Positions 19,845 to 29,565 are shown, counted from the stretch's first letter. The stretch is DNA of 32,000 bases from Cyanobacteria bacterium J06592_8 (GCA_038530755.1 JBCBCI010000021.1:6837-38836), one strand, 5' to 3'. The notes: a model not told the origin generated them from the sequence alone. A program made the numbers and translations.

Positions 19845-21236
19845 TTAAATCTGCAACAGTAACACAGCGAGGGCAAAGTAAATTAATACACCGAGAATAT
19901 CAACCGTTGTTGTGATAAAGGGTGCTGACATTAATGCCGGATCTAATTTCAAGACTCGAAAGATAAACGGTAACGTTGCACCCGAAATTGAGGCAATAAT
20001 TGTAATAACAAATAAACTAATCCCAACAACGAAAGCGATGGGTAAATTTCGTTGCAAAATATAAGCCCAAATTACAGCAACAATACCTAACATTAAGCCC
20101 AGTATAGCCCCCGCGAGTCCTTCTCGAAGAATCACTTGAAAATTTCCCATCCCTCGCATTTCATCGGTACTAAACCCTCGAATAATCACTGTCGAGGATT
20201 GAGAACCCACATTTCCACCTGTATCATTGAGTAGGGGAATAAATGCAGCTAAACCAACAACTTGTTCTAGAATTTCTTCTTGAGAGGTAATAATTTTACT
20301 GGTGAATGTATTAGTCACTAATAATATTAATAACCAGAAAACTCGCTTTTTTGTAACTGCAAATAAATTAACCTGAAAATAATCATCACCTTCTGATTGA
20401 ACTCCACTTAATTTATAAATATCTTCAGTGCTTTCTTCTTGAACAATATCAAGCGCATCATCAACAGTAATAATTCCCACCAGTCGCTCTTCATAATCTA
20501 CGACAGGTACAGCTAATAAGTCATAATCTTGGATAACTCGCACGACTTCTTCTTGATCGGTTTTCGTCTGAACACATACCGAATCACGGTTCATTATTTC
20601 GCCAATTGTTTGCGCGAGTGAAGCCATGACGAGGTCTTGTAATGAAAGTGTCCCGACTAGATGCTGTTGTGAATCCGTCACATACAAATAATAAATCGTT
20701 TCAGAAACATCAGCTAAAGAACGGATATGAGCTAAACTTTGTTCTACGGTTTCGTTTTCCTTTAAACTAATATATTCAGGGGTCATTATTCGCCCGGCTG
20801 TATCGGGTTCATAACCAAGCAGCAACAAAGTAGCTTCTCGTTCTTTGGGATTTATTTCTGCATATAAACGTTGTAAGAGTTGAGGTGGCAATTCATCGAA
20901 GAGTTGAGCGCGATCATCTGGCGACATTTGATCGACAATGTCTCGAATTTCTTGACTCTGAAACTGTTCACATAAAGACTTTTGAGTAATCGGGTTAAAT
21001 TGTTCATAAACAGCAATCGCATCTTCTGTTCCCAGGAGTCGAAATGCTACAAGTTGTATATTTTCAGGTAAACCTTCTATGGCTTGAGCGATGTCAGTCG
21101 GTTGTACAGGGGAAAGGAGACTTTTAACTCCAGCAAGGTTATCCTGTGCAATTAAATTTTGAAGCTGCGCCCGGACTAAATCCCGAATTTCTTGGCGAGG
21201 AATTGTCGCCTGGGAAGATTGAGTATTAGTATTCAT
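19845..21236 (-). CDS. mgtE: Magnesium transporter MgtE (copy 1)
   Basis: 463 aa with an N-domain, tandem CBS (GRIMTPEYISL...AVPVVDYEERLVGIITVDD) and a TM domain with IPLLNDTGGNVGSQSS and SAPFITTTVDILGVLIYF. Confidence 0.9.
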   Translation of the reverse strand: MNTNTQSSQATIPRQEIRDLVRAQLQNLIAQDNLAGVKSLLSPVQPTDIAQAIEGLPENIQLVAFRLLGTEDAIAVYEQFNPITQKSLCEQFQSQEIRDIVDQMSPDDRAQLFDELPPQLLQRLYAEINPKEREATLLLLGYEPDTAGRIMTPEYISLKENETVEQSLAHIRSLADVSETIYYLYVTDSQQHLVGTLSLQDLVMASLAQTIGEIMNRDSVCVQTKTDQEEVVRVIQDYDLLAVPVVDYEERLVGIITVDDALDIVQEESTEDIYKLSGVQSEGDDYFQVNLFAVTKKRVFWLLILLVTNTFTSKIITSQEEILEQVVGLAAFIPLLNDTGGNVGSQSSTVIIRGFSTDEMRGMGNFQVILREGLAGAILGLMLGIVAVIWAYILQRNLPIAFVVGISLFVITIIASISGATLPFIFRVLKLDPALMSAPFITTTVDILGVLIYFALAVLLLQI

Positions 21237-21305
21237 CCTGTTATTTTGTTCTGTAGTCTAATCGCTATCAATAATATGGATTGGGATTGATGTTAAATTT
21301 TTGAT

Positions 21306-21366
21306 GGGGCAGGTTTTGATTCAATTTTTAGGTTCAAAAAATTTGACCTAAGTTTAAACCTACCCC
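21306..21366. repeat. 61-nt imperfect palindrome (long hairpin) between the two mgtE copies
   Basis: The outer arms are GGGGCAGGTTT (21306-21316) and AAACCTACCCC (21356-21366), with one G-U on the minus strand. The inner arms are TTAGGTTCAAA and TTTGACCTAA (one bulge) around an AAA loop. Confidence 0.55.
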
Positions 21367-21407
21367 GATCTGTTTGAACTCTTCTAATTCATTGGTGCCA
21401 CTCGCCA

Positions 21408-22805
21408 TCATATTTGTAATATTACTCGTGCCAAGTTGAAATAGATAAGAACGCCCAGAACATCAACAGCCGTTGTAATAAAAGGTGCAGACATTAAGGC
21501 AGGATCTAACCCAAATGAACGGAATAAAAATGGCAGAGCTGAACCGGCGATCGATGCCAAAATTGAAATAGCGACTAAGCTTATACCAACTGTTAAAGAG
21601 ACGGCTAAATTGCCATTCACAATAAATAAGTAAGCCCAAACGGTGGCGAGTAAACCCAAAATTGTTCCGAGCATGGCTCCGGCGGCGGCTTCACGTAGAA
21701 TCACTCGCACGGGGCCAATTTTCCAAATTTCATCGGTATTCATCCCCCGAATCACAACCGTAGAAGATTGCGCCCCCACGTTTCCACCTGTACCTGTTAA
21801 TAGGGGTATGAATGCGGCTAGAACAACAACCCTTTGTAAGACATCTTCTTGAGCCGTAATAATTCCACCTGTGACACTATTAGTCAGTAACAGTACAAAT
21901 AGCCAAACTACCCTTCGGCGAGCGGCGGTAAATAAATTCACCTGAAAATAGTTATCACCCTCGGACTGAACCCCACCCAAAGCATAGATATCTTCGGTGG
22001 TTTCCTGTTCTAAAATATCGAGAACGTCATCAACGGTGATAATTCCCACCAAGCGCTGTTCGCTATCAACAACAGGTACCGCCAGAAAGTCGTAACGTTG
22101 GATAATACGAGCGACTTCTTCTTGATCGGTATCGGTTTGAATACAAACTAAATCTCGGTTAAGAATTTCACCGATGGTCTGATCCAGTTGAGCGGTAACT
22201 AAGTCTCGCAAAGAGAGAATTCCGGTTAATTTGCGATCAGAGTCGGTGACATAGAGTGAATAAATGGTTTCAGTGACATTAGCTAAACTGCGAATCCGCT
22301 CCAAACTCTCCCCAACTGTATAATGCTCTTTCAAAGAAATATACTCTGGGGTCATAATTCGTCCGGCGGTTCCGGCTTCATACCCCAGTAACAGTGCAGT
22401 GGTCTGGCGTTCAGTGGGACTCAGTTGAGAGACTAACCGACGCACAACCGCCGCCGGGAGTTCTTCAAATAGTTTGGCTCGATCATCCGGTGACATTTTA
22501 TCAACGATATCAACGACTTCCTGGCGTTTAAATTTTTCGCAAAGAGACTGCTGAACACTGGAGTCAAGTTGTTCGTAGACTTCAATTGCTTCATCTTTGG
22601 ATAGCAGACGAAACGCAATGACTTGCATGGTCTCCGGTAAACCTTCTATAGCTTCAGCAATGTCAGCCGGTTGTACGGGAACAAGGATGGCTTTGGCGGC
22701 TTGCAGATCTTCACGTTCCAATAGGACTTGTAGTTGCGTTCGCACCAACTCCCGTAATTCCTTACGTGACATCGTTGTCAGAGTTGAGATGTTCTCCTCA
22801 GTCAA
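21408..22805 (-). CDS. mgtE: Magnesium transporter MgtE (copy 2)
   Basis: 465 aa, collinear with copy 1 over its full length. The TTG start at 22805 has GAGGAGG 7 nt upstream and gives an N-terminus of the same length as copy 1. Confidence 0.9.
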   Translation of the reverse strand: MTEENISTLTTMSRKELRELVRTQLQVLLEREDLQAAKAILVPVQPADIAEAIEGLPETMQVIAFRLLSKDEAIEVYEQLDSSVQQSLCEKFKRQEVVDIVDKMSPDDRAKLFEELPAAVVRRLVSQLSPTERQTTALLLGYEAGTAGRIMTPEYISLKEHYTVGESLERIRSLANVTETIYSLYVTDSDRKLTGILSLRDLVTAQLDQTIGEILNRDLVCIQTDTDQEEVARIIQRYDFLAVPVVDSEQRLVGIITVDDVLDILEQETTEDIYALGGVQSEGDNYFQVNLFTAARRRVVWLFVLLLTNSVTGGIITAQEDVLQRVVVLAAFIPLLTGTGGNVGAQSSTVVIRGMNTDEIWKIGPVRVILREAAAGAMLGTILGLLATVWAYLFIVNGNLAVSLTVGISLVAISILASIAGSALPFLFRSFGLDPALMSAPFITTAVDVLGVLIYFNLARVILQI

Positions 22806-22900
22806 TGGCAGCCCTCCTCAAACGAGTTCTGCATCCTAGTTTAGAAGCAAAGCGACATAATAACCCACTTTTACAGTACACAGTTAACAGTTTTGATCAA

Positions 22901-22919
22901 GAATGGGCATTGCCCATCC
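22901..22919 (-). terminator. Hairpin just downstream of icd (weak terminator candidate)
   Basis: The minus-strand RNA GGAUGGGC-aau-GCCCAUUC forms an 8-bp stem with one G-U, 16 nt after the icd stop. The trailing U-tract is poor (UUGAUC). Confidence 0.35.
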
Positions 22920-22934
22920 TTTGTATTCTCAACT

Positions 22935-24359
22935 TTAACTCTGGAAGTATTTGATAATGGCTTCGGCAAATTCCGAACATTTCAAGGGTTCGGCGGGGGG
23001 TTCCATTAACCGAGCTAAATCATAGGTTACTTCTCGACTGGAAATAGCCTGACCTAATCCAGTTTTAATCAAGTCTGCGGCTTCTTGCCAGCCCATATAC
23101 TCCAGCATCATTACCCCTGAAAGAATTAACGATCCAGGGTTGACGCGATCAAGTCCTGCGTGTTTGGGTGCGGTGCCGTGAGTGGCTTCAAAAATGGCAC
23201 AGTCATCGCCAATATTTGCACCTGGCCCCATTCCTAAACCTCCAACCATTGCCGCTGCCGCATCCGATAAATAATCTCCATTGAGGTTCATGGTGGCGAG
23301 GATTGAATATTCGGCAGGTCGCGTTTGAATTTGCTGGAAAATACTGTCGGCAATGCGGTCATTCACCATAATTTTTTCTTTCCATTTGCCATTGCCATGG
23401 CTGTCCCAAATCGCGGCTAAAACCTCGGCAACTTCCTGTAAAATTTCTTGGCGTTTTTCATCTGTTAACGCATCGTATCCCGGTTCAACTTTGCGAGCAT
23501 TATCTTCATTAGAAATATCAGGATTTGCTTCTTTGTTACTCAAAATCCAAGATTCACGTTCCGTAATACATTCATCGCGAAACTCAGCCGTTGCCAGTTC
23601 ATATCCCCAATCTCTAAATGCACCTTCGGTATATTTCATAATATTCCCTTTATGCACTAAAGTCACCATTTGCTTTTCTTTTGGCAACCGTAAAGCGTTC
23701 TGGATTGCCCGACGCACCAAACGCTGAGATCCCGTTTTACTGATGGGTTTAATGCCAATCCCTGAATCGAGGCGAATTTGCTTTTTACCATGTTCAGGAG
23801 TAGACGGAATCAAATCACTGTTGAGGATGTGAATCAGTTTTTGAGCAATTTCAGTGCCTTCTTTCCATTCAATTCCTAAGTAAATATCTTCTGTATTTTC
23901 CCGATAGATAATCACATCTAACTTTTCAGGAGTTTTGTGAGGAGAAGGAGTTCCCAAATAATATTTACAAGGACGAACACAAGCATAGAGGTCATTGAGT
24001 TGACGCAATGCCACGTTTAACGAACGAATTCCGCCCCCGATAGGAGTTGTCAACGGGCCTTTGATCGCCACTCCATATTCCTTGATGGCGGTGAGGGTAT
24101 CTTCCGGTAAATATTGGTAAGTGCCGTATTGTTCGCAGGCTTCGTCCCCAGCGTACACCTTGAACCAGCTAACTTTTCGCTTTCCACTGTATGCAGCTTC
24201 AATTGCAGCATCTAATACTCGTTGAGTCGCAGGCCACAGATCAATACCAGTACCATCACCACGAATAAATGGAATAATCGGATTATCAGGAACAACGGGT
24301 TCACCATTATTGAAGGTAATTTTTTCGCCTGTGGTTGGAGGAGTAATTTTTTCGTACAT
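22935..24359 (-). CDS. icd: NADP-dependent isocitrate dehydrogenase
   Basis: 474 aa. Motifs: [64 protein letters not shown]. Confidence 0.95.
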   Translation of the reverse strand: MYEKITPPTTGEKITFNNGEPVVPDNPIIPFIRGDGTGIDLWPATQRVLDAAIEAAYSGKRKVSWFKVYAGDEACEQYGTYQYLPEDTLTAIKEYGVAIKGPLTTPIGGGIRSLNVALRQLNDLYACVRPCKYYLGTPSPHKTPEKLDVIIYRENTEDIYLGIEWKEGTEIAQKLIHILNSDLIPSTPEHGKKQIRLDSGIGIKPISKTGSQRLVRRAIQNALRLPKEKQMVTLVHKGNIMKYTEGAFRDWGYELATAEFRDECITERESWILSNKEANPDISNEDNARKVEPGYDALTDEKRQEILQEVAEVLAAIWDSHGNGKWKEKIMVNDRIADSIFQQIQTRPAEYSILATMNLNGDYLSDAAAAMVGGLGMGPGANIGDDCAIFEATHGTAPKHAGLDRVNPGSLILSGVMMLEYMGWQEAADLIKTGLGQAISSREVTYDLARLMEPPAEPLKCSEFAEAIIKYFQS

Positions 24360-24621
24360 TGTCTAATCCTATCGCATCAAATTGAGTTGACAGAACGGAT
24401 ATTTGAATGGTGATCCGCTTGCACCTTGTTCACGATTTTTGACGACAATTGCAACAAATCATCAAGACCTCTACAATTTCTTTAGGATCGTTGCGGTCAG
24501 GTCATCCCGTTAAAATCAAAACCGATAACCCAATTTTTTTGCAGAATCTTATTATACAAAATCGACCTTCCTGTTCCTGTATTAAAAAATGCTGAATTCT
24601 TAGCCCAACCCAGCAGTAACG

Positions 24622-25467
24622 TTAAAGTTCTAATGGGGCAATAAAGCCGAGCTTTTCCTGGAGAATATATCGTAACACCGCTTGAGTCACCGCAATTAAT
24701 CCCAGTCGAGCTTGGGCGAATTCTGGAGTTTCGAGTTTAACTTCTCCCCAAATTCGACATTGACCATAAAATTCTTGAAAGGTATCAGAAATTAGATTTG
24801 CTTTAGTTTTCCAGTATTTTTGATCTGATGAAGTTTGATCTAGATCAAAAGTTGTCAGGAGTTGACTAATTAATCGTCGTTCACTATGATGTTGAAGTCG
24901 AAGTTTGCGCTCGCACTCTAGCCAGGGAATGGGATCGGGTTCCCGGAATAACCACAGCGCAGGAGTCCTTTGCAACTGGGGTTCCGCTAAGGAGATGATC
25001 CGATCGCGATCGGCTAGCCGCAACAGAGAACAACAACGGGCATGAGCATACTGTATCTTAAATAAGCTTTGATCATCATTTTCGATGAACACTTCGGTTG
25101 AGGAAACGGGAAGACTCGATAAAGGTAGAGGAGTTTGAGTCATCTGTTGTAACCAAGTCGCGATCGCTTGATCGGTTAATTCAAATGCAATTATTCCTGA
25201 TGGGGTAACACTAATGATAATCTCAATCCATTCACTTTCACCAGAAAGCCCTTGTAAAATTTGAGTCGCCATCTCTACGGGATGATGATTATTTATTTTT
25301 GCTAATTTCAAAGCGATCGCACAGTGATATCGGATCGGCCAAGAATCTTTAAGAACATAAACCGGGATCTCCTGGAGATTGATATTAATGTCTTGAAATT
25401 GAATGTGCGGGTAGAGGTTGTCAATCAAAAAACATCGAACTCGGTGATCTTTTATCAGACTATTCAT
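24622..25467 (-). CDS. Stand-alone ArgRS-like protein (DALR anticodon-binding domain, no catalytic core)
   Basis: 281 aa. IQYAHARCCSLLRLA is the DALR-domain signature of arginyl-tRNA synthetases. The N-terminal segment (YHCAIALKLAKINNHHPVEMATQILQGL) resembles the ArgRS N-terminal additional domain. No HIGH or KMSK-type motifs are present. Confidence 0.6.
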   Translation of the reverse strand: MNSLIKDHRVRCFLIDNLYPHIQFQDININLQEIPVYVLKDSWPIRYHCAIALKLAKINNHHPVEMATQILQGLSGESEWIEIIISVTPSGIIAFELTDQAIATWLQQMTQTPLPLSSLPVSSTEVFIENDDQSLFKIQYAHARCCSLLRLADRDRIISLAEPQLQRTPALWLFREPDPIPWLECERKLRLQHHSERRLISQLLTTFDLDQTSSDQKYWKTKANLISDTFQEFYGQCRIWGEVKLETPEFAQARLGLIAVTQAVLRYILQEKLGFIAPLEL

Positions 25468-25768
25468 CAGACCTTGTGTAACAATTCTTGATCAAGTCCG
25501 TAAAAATTATCCTTCTGGGTAGATTGTTACCGCAAGTTCCGGAACCTTTGTACAATCTTGTGTAGGTTCCTCTAGCCTTCCTTGGAGCCAGACCCTCTAT
25601 GAATTCAATCTCAGATCAGACAGATGATGTGTTTTTTGCTACATTAGAAGAATAGCTCAGATTGATACAAGCAGTGTATAAAGTGTAGCCCGCTTCGGTG
25701 TAACTGACTTGGTGTAAAGTTTCACTCTCGATGCTTTCAAAAAAGCATATTGAGCCTCTCTACTGTCC

Positions 25769-26527
25769 TTGAAAACTCTCATCTATTATAGTCCTATGCA
25801 GTCAACCTCTGTATCCTCTGGAACCACAACCAATCGCCCTTTTTTAACCTGGCAGCGTATTATTGATTGGGCGCAGGAACATTACCGCTGTCGCAACTTT
25901 GACAAAGATGAGCGAATCCCTGCCCGTCCAGGTTTACTATACCTAGTACAACGTGGTTCTGTTCGTCTTGTCGGTAGCGCCCAACTTGGAGTCGCTTTCA
26001 ACTCATCCAAGTCAAAAGTCTCTCGTCGTCGGAATCTTGATGAAGCATTTTTGGGTTTTGTGGGTGCAGGTCAACCCTTTGAATTAGTCGCCCAGTCACC
26101 TTTTTCACTACAAGCTTATGCTCATACCGATGAGACAACAGTTGTCTGGATGTACTGGGAAGACCTAGATAACTGGCCCCATTTCCGTCGAGAAGTTTTA
26201 GATGCCTTTCGCTATCAACATCAGCGTAAATTATTGTGGCTAAGTACCCTGGGCCAACGTCGAACCATTGACCGATTATTAGGCTTTTTAACACTTTTAG
26301 TTGAAGAATACGGAGAATATTACGTTAACGAGAGTGAAGAAAATCCCTTTCGGGGCTATTGTTTGCCCTGGTCTTTAACTCACTCTCAAATCGGTAGTGC
26401 GATCGGTTCGACACGGGTAACGGTAACACGATTGATGGGTAAATTACGGGCTTCAGGATTAATTTATACCCAAGGCGATAATTTAATTTGTCTACCTGAA
26501 GAACTTGAAGGCGAACAATCTTCCTAA
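25769..26527 (+). CDS. Crp/Fnr-family transcriptional regulator
   Basis: The C-terminal HTH LTHSQIGSAIGSTRVTVTRLMGKLRASGLI is very close to the NtcA/Crp recognition region. Upstream is a cNMP-binding-like beta-barrel region. The start is uncertain (TTG at 25769 or ATG at 25796). Confidence 0.75.
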   Translation: MKTLIYYSPMQSTSVSSGTTTNRPFLTWQRIIDWAQEHYRCRNFDKDERIPARPGLLYLVQRGSVRLVGSAQLGVAFNSSKSKVSRRRNLDEAFLGFVGAGQPFELVAQSPFSLQAYAHTDETTVVWMYWEDLDNWPHFRREVLDAFRYQHQRKLLWLSTLGQRRTIDRLLGFLTLLVEEYGEYYVNESEENPFRGYCLPWSLTHSQIGSAIGSTRVTVTRLMGKLRASGLIYTQGDNLICLPEELEGEQSS

Positions 26528-26678
26528 TTGAGTGCGGTTTGATTTGTAAATAGAACAAACTGATCTTTAGGGTGCATCTTATGTTAATCAGATTTTTTGA
26601 TCAGATTTTTGAACGAATGACTTGGTAAATCTTTTTTGCCAAGTTATTTGATTTGGGTTTTTGTAATTTTGACGATTT

Positions 26679-27122
26679 GTGATGGATAAAAAAGCTATTC
26701 AAATCCGTTTAGTTCACAACGAATCTGAACAGCAAGCTTTGTATTTTCAGCGTTGGTTAGTCTTGCGATCGCCCTTGGGTTTACCTCAAGGAACAGAACA
26801 GGATGAGTATGAACATCAGTCTGTTCATCTGATCGCCATTCTCGATGATCAAATCGTTGGTTCTGTTCGCCTTCGTACCCTTGCAAATAACATCGGTAGC
26901 CTTGCCTATCTCGCGGTATTACCTCAGTTTCAAGGACAAGGAATTGGTACACAACTCGTCAAACACCTGATTAAAATTGCTCAAGATCAAGGACTTCCAA
27001 CTGTTAGGGCGATGGCTCGGAAAGAGATGCTTGGGTTTTACCAGAAACTCGGGTTTGAGCCAAAGGGAGATGAGGTTGAGTTTTTAGGAAAGCCTCACCA
27101 GTTTGTTTACTTGCAACTGTAA
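26679..27122 (+). CDS. GNAT-family N-acetyltransferase
   Basis: 147 aa. Acetyl-CoA binding motif A: LAVLPQFQGQGIGTQLVKHLI. The likely true start is the ATG at 26682. Confidence 0.85.
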   Translation: MMDKKAIQIRLVHNESEQQALYFQRWLVLRSPLGLPQGTEQDEYEHQSVHLIAILDDQIVGSVRLRTLANNIGSLAYLAVLPQFQGQGIGTQLVKHLIKIAQDQGLPTVRAMARKEMLGFYQKLGFEPKGDEVEFLGKPHQFVYLQL

Positions 27123-28119
27123 CGGGTTCTGGCATTTCTTGAGGAACTTGTTCGGTGAAATCATCCGAGAAAATATGTAATTGATCCACATAATACTTAA
27201 CAAATAAAACAGGTTTCTCCATCGTGCAAGACCCTTTCAAAACAACTGTTTTTTCATCATCTCGAACAATTTCAGCTCGACATAACTTCCGAGTTTCGTC
27301 TGGCTTTTGAATACTCAGTTCAACTTCAAACCAGCTTTTATCCGAACCTTGTTTTAAAATCTTGGCAGAAATTTTATATTTAAACCAATCCCAGCCAAAT
27401 TGTAGCATTAAAGTCTGTTCCAGCACCTGAAGTTCGTAGGGTAAAATACTCCAACCGCGATAAATTTGATTGAAGATTTCTAGACTCCCCTCACGGGTGA
27501 CAACTGAACAAAACGACTCTACATCTAACCCACCATAATACCGTCCATCTGGAAAGGTAATTGCAGTCGGTGCAAAACGATGACCTCCGAAATGACTGGC
27601 TTGCCAAACTCGGATATTTTCTAATTTTAAATGATGTAATTTTGCGATCGCCTGTTTATAAAACGGAATTCCATATTTCCCACAACATTTATCGTGACGT
27701 CCGTGAGTACACACAAGAATATCTTGATAATCTTCTGAGGAGACAATCGGATTTAGCGGTTCTCCATTCAGAAAATCAGTGACAATTGCTGGAACTTCTT
27801 CTAGAGTATCAACCCCAAACTCATAGCGCTGATAACCTCCACAAAAATCACCCTGTTCTTGATGGTAAATTAAAACTGTTTTTTGTTGATTTAAAAGACA
27901 TAAATTCCGACGAATCAGCAAAAACCGAATAGACTGCCCCTCCGTTTCTAACTGAGCCATGAGTGCTTTTAAATTCTCAGGAATACCGGGTGATTTCAAA
28001 GCACTGCAACTCCAAGGCTCGGAATATTCTATTAAAACATAAGTTTGATGATGAGTTGCACTCCCGATTTTATCTTCTAAGACTTCACGGGAAGAATCAG
28101 CGCAAAAGAATCGAGTCAT
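27004..28119 (-). CDS. Sucrase/ferredoxin-like (Suc_Fer-like, thioredoxin-like [2Fe-2S] fold) family protein
   Basis: 371 aa. The motif ILVCTHGRHDKCCGKYG and the later ASHFGGHRFAP are characteristic of this family. The last ~40 codons overlap the GNAT gene on the other strand. Confidence 0.7.
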   Translation of the reverse strand: MTRFFCADSSREVLEDKIGSATHHQTYVLIEYSEPWSCSALKSPGIPENLKALMAQLETEGQSIRFLLIRRNLCLLNQQKTVLIYHQEQGDFCGGYQRYEFGVDTLEEVPAIVTDFLNGEPLNPIVSSEDYQDILVCTHGRHDKCCGKYGIPFYKQAIAKLHHLKLENIRVWQASHFGGHRFAPTAITFPDGRYYGGLDVESFCSVVTREGSLEIFNQIYRGWSILPYELQVLEQTLMLQFGWDWFKYKISAKILKQGSDKSWFEVELSIQKPDETRKLCRAEIVRDDEKTVVLKGSCTMEKPVLFVKYYVDQLHIFSDDFTEQVPQEMPEPVTVASKQTGEAFLKTQPHLPLAQTRVSGKTQASLSEPSP

Positions 28120-28220
28120 TTTTTCTCCTTCTTGTTTGTTTTTTAGTGGTTCGCTCCATGTTCAATCACCCCTCAAAGTTTTAATTAAGTTAGTTTGAAT
28201 GTAGTTCGTTTGAAGTCAAA

Positions 28221-29402
28221 CTATCGAGATTCAACAACAAGAATCCCTTCTTGTACCAAACGTGTAAGCAAAGGAACTAGATCGAGTTCCCAGTCAAAAT
28301 CCGGTAGCCATTGCAACACCTCCTCACCTGTAAACTCTGACTGTTGAAAGAGTTTTTCCCAGACTGCACGGGGAACACCTGTCAAAAAAACTTCTTTTCC
28401 TTGAGTTGTAATTCGATAGGAATCTACATCCGGCAAATCGAAAATTTGGACTCGTTGAAAAGGTTGTGTTTTAAAGGTTGTCAGTTGATCTTGAGGAAAA
28501 ATATTAAATCCCATTTGCTGCGGTAAACTGTATTTTGTAATGGGTTTACCCAAAGCATTGAGATATTGTATATATTCGTTGATGCGATCTGAATCAATTA
28601 AATCTTCAGATAAACTTTGACTCAGTTGTTGCAAGTGCTGTTTTAGATCGACTGTATCTTGGGGAAGCGGTAAACTCGCTCGCCACTCTTCATTATTCCG
28701 TAATTGATTAGCCCACCACTCTAACCAATCAATTCCGGTTTTTGTATGAATTCCTAATGTTAAATGCAGTGAAGGTGTATCTCCCGCTACAGCATAATGC
28801 CAATGTCCGCGTGGAATATACAACACATCTCCCGGCGATAACATACAGTTTAAATAGGGTGGATCTTCGGGGGGAGAAAGCGTTACAGATTTTTGATCTT
28901 TTAACGGGAATTTTAACGTCTCAGAAAAGACATTCCAAGTTTTGCATCCCTCAATTTGGAGGATAAAAACATCATGGGTGTCGTAATGACTCGAAAATCC
29001 CTGTTTTTGAGGAAAGGAAGCGTAAGCATTAATTTGGGTGGCGTAGCCTAACTCCCATCTCAACGCTGCTGTCCATTTCGCAAGATCTGGGACCCACTCA
29101 TGCACCCGATCTATGATTAATGTTGCACCTTGTTGCAACCAATGGGTTAGTTGTTGAATTTCATTTGCATCTAAGACCTTGCCCTCTAGGGCTAATCGCA
29201 AGTCTGGATATTGCAAAGGACTGAAGTTGAGCAAATAATTTAATGTCTCCCAGGAAAACAAACTGGCAAACTGATGGGGTTCATCCGCCGGAATTCGCAA
29301 GGCTTGAGTCGTCCAATGATGGTCGAAAAATTCTCCAACGGGATAGGGATGTAATAGCTTGGCTAGAACCTTCATAATCGTGTTGTCTGTATCATCAGCC
29401 AC
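28221..29402 (-). CDS. JmjC / cupin-4 family 2-oxoglutarate/Fe(II) oxygenase (ribosomal-oxygenase-like)
   Basis: 393 aa. SSHYDTHDVFILQIEGCKTWNVF (HxD iron ligands plus the DVFxxQxxGxKxW pattern seen in YcfD/RoxA-type proteins) and GDVLYIPRGHWHYAV (distal His). GTG start at 29402; the alternative ATG at 29375 (MKVLAKLL...) looks more natural. Confidence 0.75.
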   Translation of the reverse strand: MADDTDNTIMKVLAKLLHPYPVGEFFDHHWTTQALRIPADEPHQFASLFSWETLNYLLNFSPLQYPDLRLALEGKVLDANEIQQLTHWLQQGATLIIDRVHEWVPDLAKWTAALRWELGYATQINAYASFPQKQGFSSHYDTHDVFILQIEGCKTWNVFSETLKFPLKDQKSVTLSPPEDPPYLNCMLSPGDVLYIPRGHWHYAVAGDTPSLHLTLGIHTKTGIDWLEWWANQLRNNEEWRASLPLPQDTVDLKQHLQQLSQSLSEDLIDSDRINEYIQYLNALGKPITKYSLPQQMGFNIFPQDQLTTFKTQPFQRVQIFDLPDVDSYRITTQGKEVFLTGVPRAVWEKLFQQSEFTGEEVLQWLPDFDWELDLVPLLTRLVQEGILVVESR

Positions 29403-29435
29403 TAATGCAAAATTTTCTCAATAAATTTGGCTTCT

Positions 29436-29565
29436 AAAAAACCGTAACTGATGAATTTAGTAGGTATTGACTCGGTATTTAATAACTTAACTCTAACGCA
29501 GAATTTTACAATCCTGCTTTAGATACTTAAGCCAACCTATATACCCCTATAATCCCCAGTTACGG
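29436..29565 (-). ncRNA. Structured RNA element (~130 nt) ending in a stem plus U6; terminator, attenuator or leader between the 49-aa ORF and the oxygenase gene
   Basis: On the minus strand, CCGUAACUG (29565-29557) pairs perfectly with CAGUUACGG (29450-29442), which is followed immediately by UUUUUU (29441-29436). Inside is the hairpin GCAGGAUU-GUAA-AAUUCUGC (29517-29498), an 8-bp stem with a GNRA loop. That hairpin has a G-U pair on the minus strand but an A-C mismatch on the plus strand, which favours a minus-strand transcript. Confidence 0.4.

Noticed and set aside
21237-22934. Possible M-box (Mg) riboswitch upstream of either mgtE
   Set aside because: Both upstream regions are short (171 and 129 bp) and I could not recognise M-box conserved cores. 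The only evident structures are the 61-nt palindrome and the small post-icd hairpin. This has not been excluded computationally.
24579-24592. NtcA-like site GTA-N8-TGC upstream of icd
   Set aside because: The second half-site is TGC rather than TAC, and the site is more than 200 bp from the icd start, right next to the stop of the neighbouring gene. It is not convincing without a matrix score or binding data.
25674-25716. Four GTGTA pentamers upstream of the Crp-family regulator, and a TGTAAAGTTTCAC segment loosely resembling a Crp-type palindrome
   Set aside because: The spacing is irregular (9, 15 and 14 bp) and the palindrome half-sites match poorly. This is insufficient to call an operator.
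26587-26610. Direct repeat ATCAGATTTTT x2 (13-bp period) between the Crp-family gene and the GNAT gene
   Set aside because: It is real in the sequence, but it is short and T-rich and I have no interpretation for it. It is recorded only for completeness.
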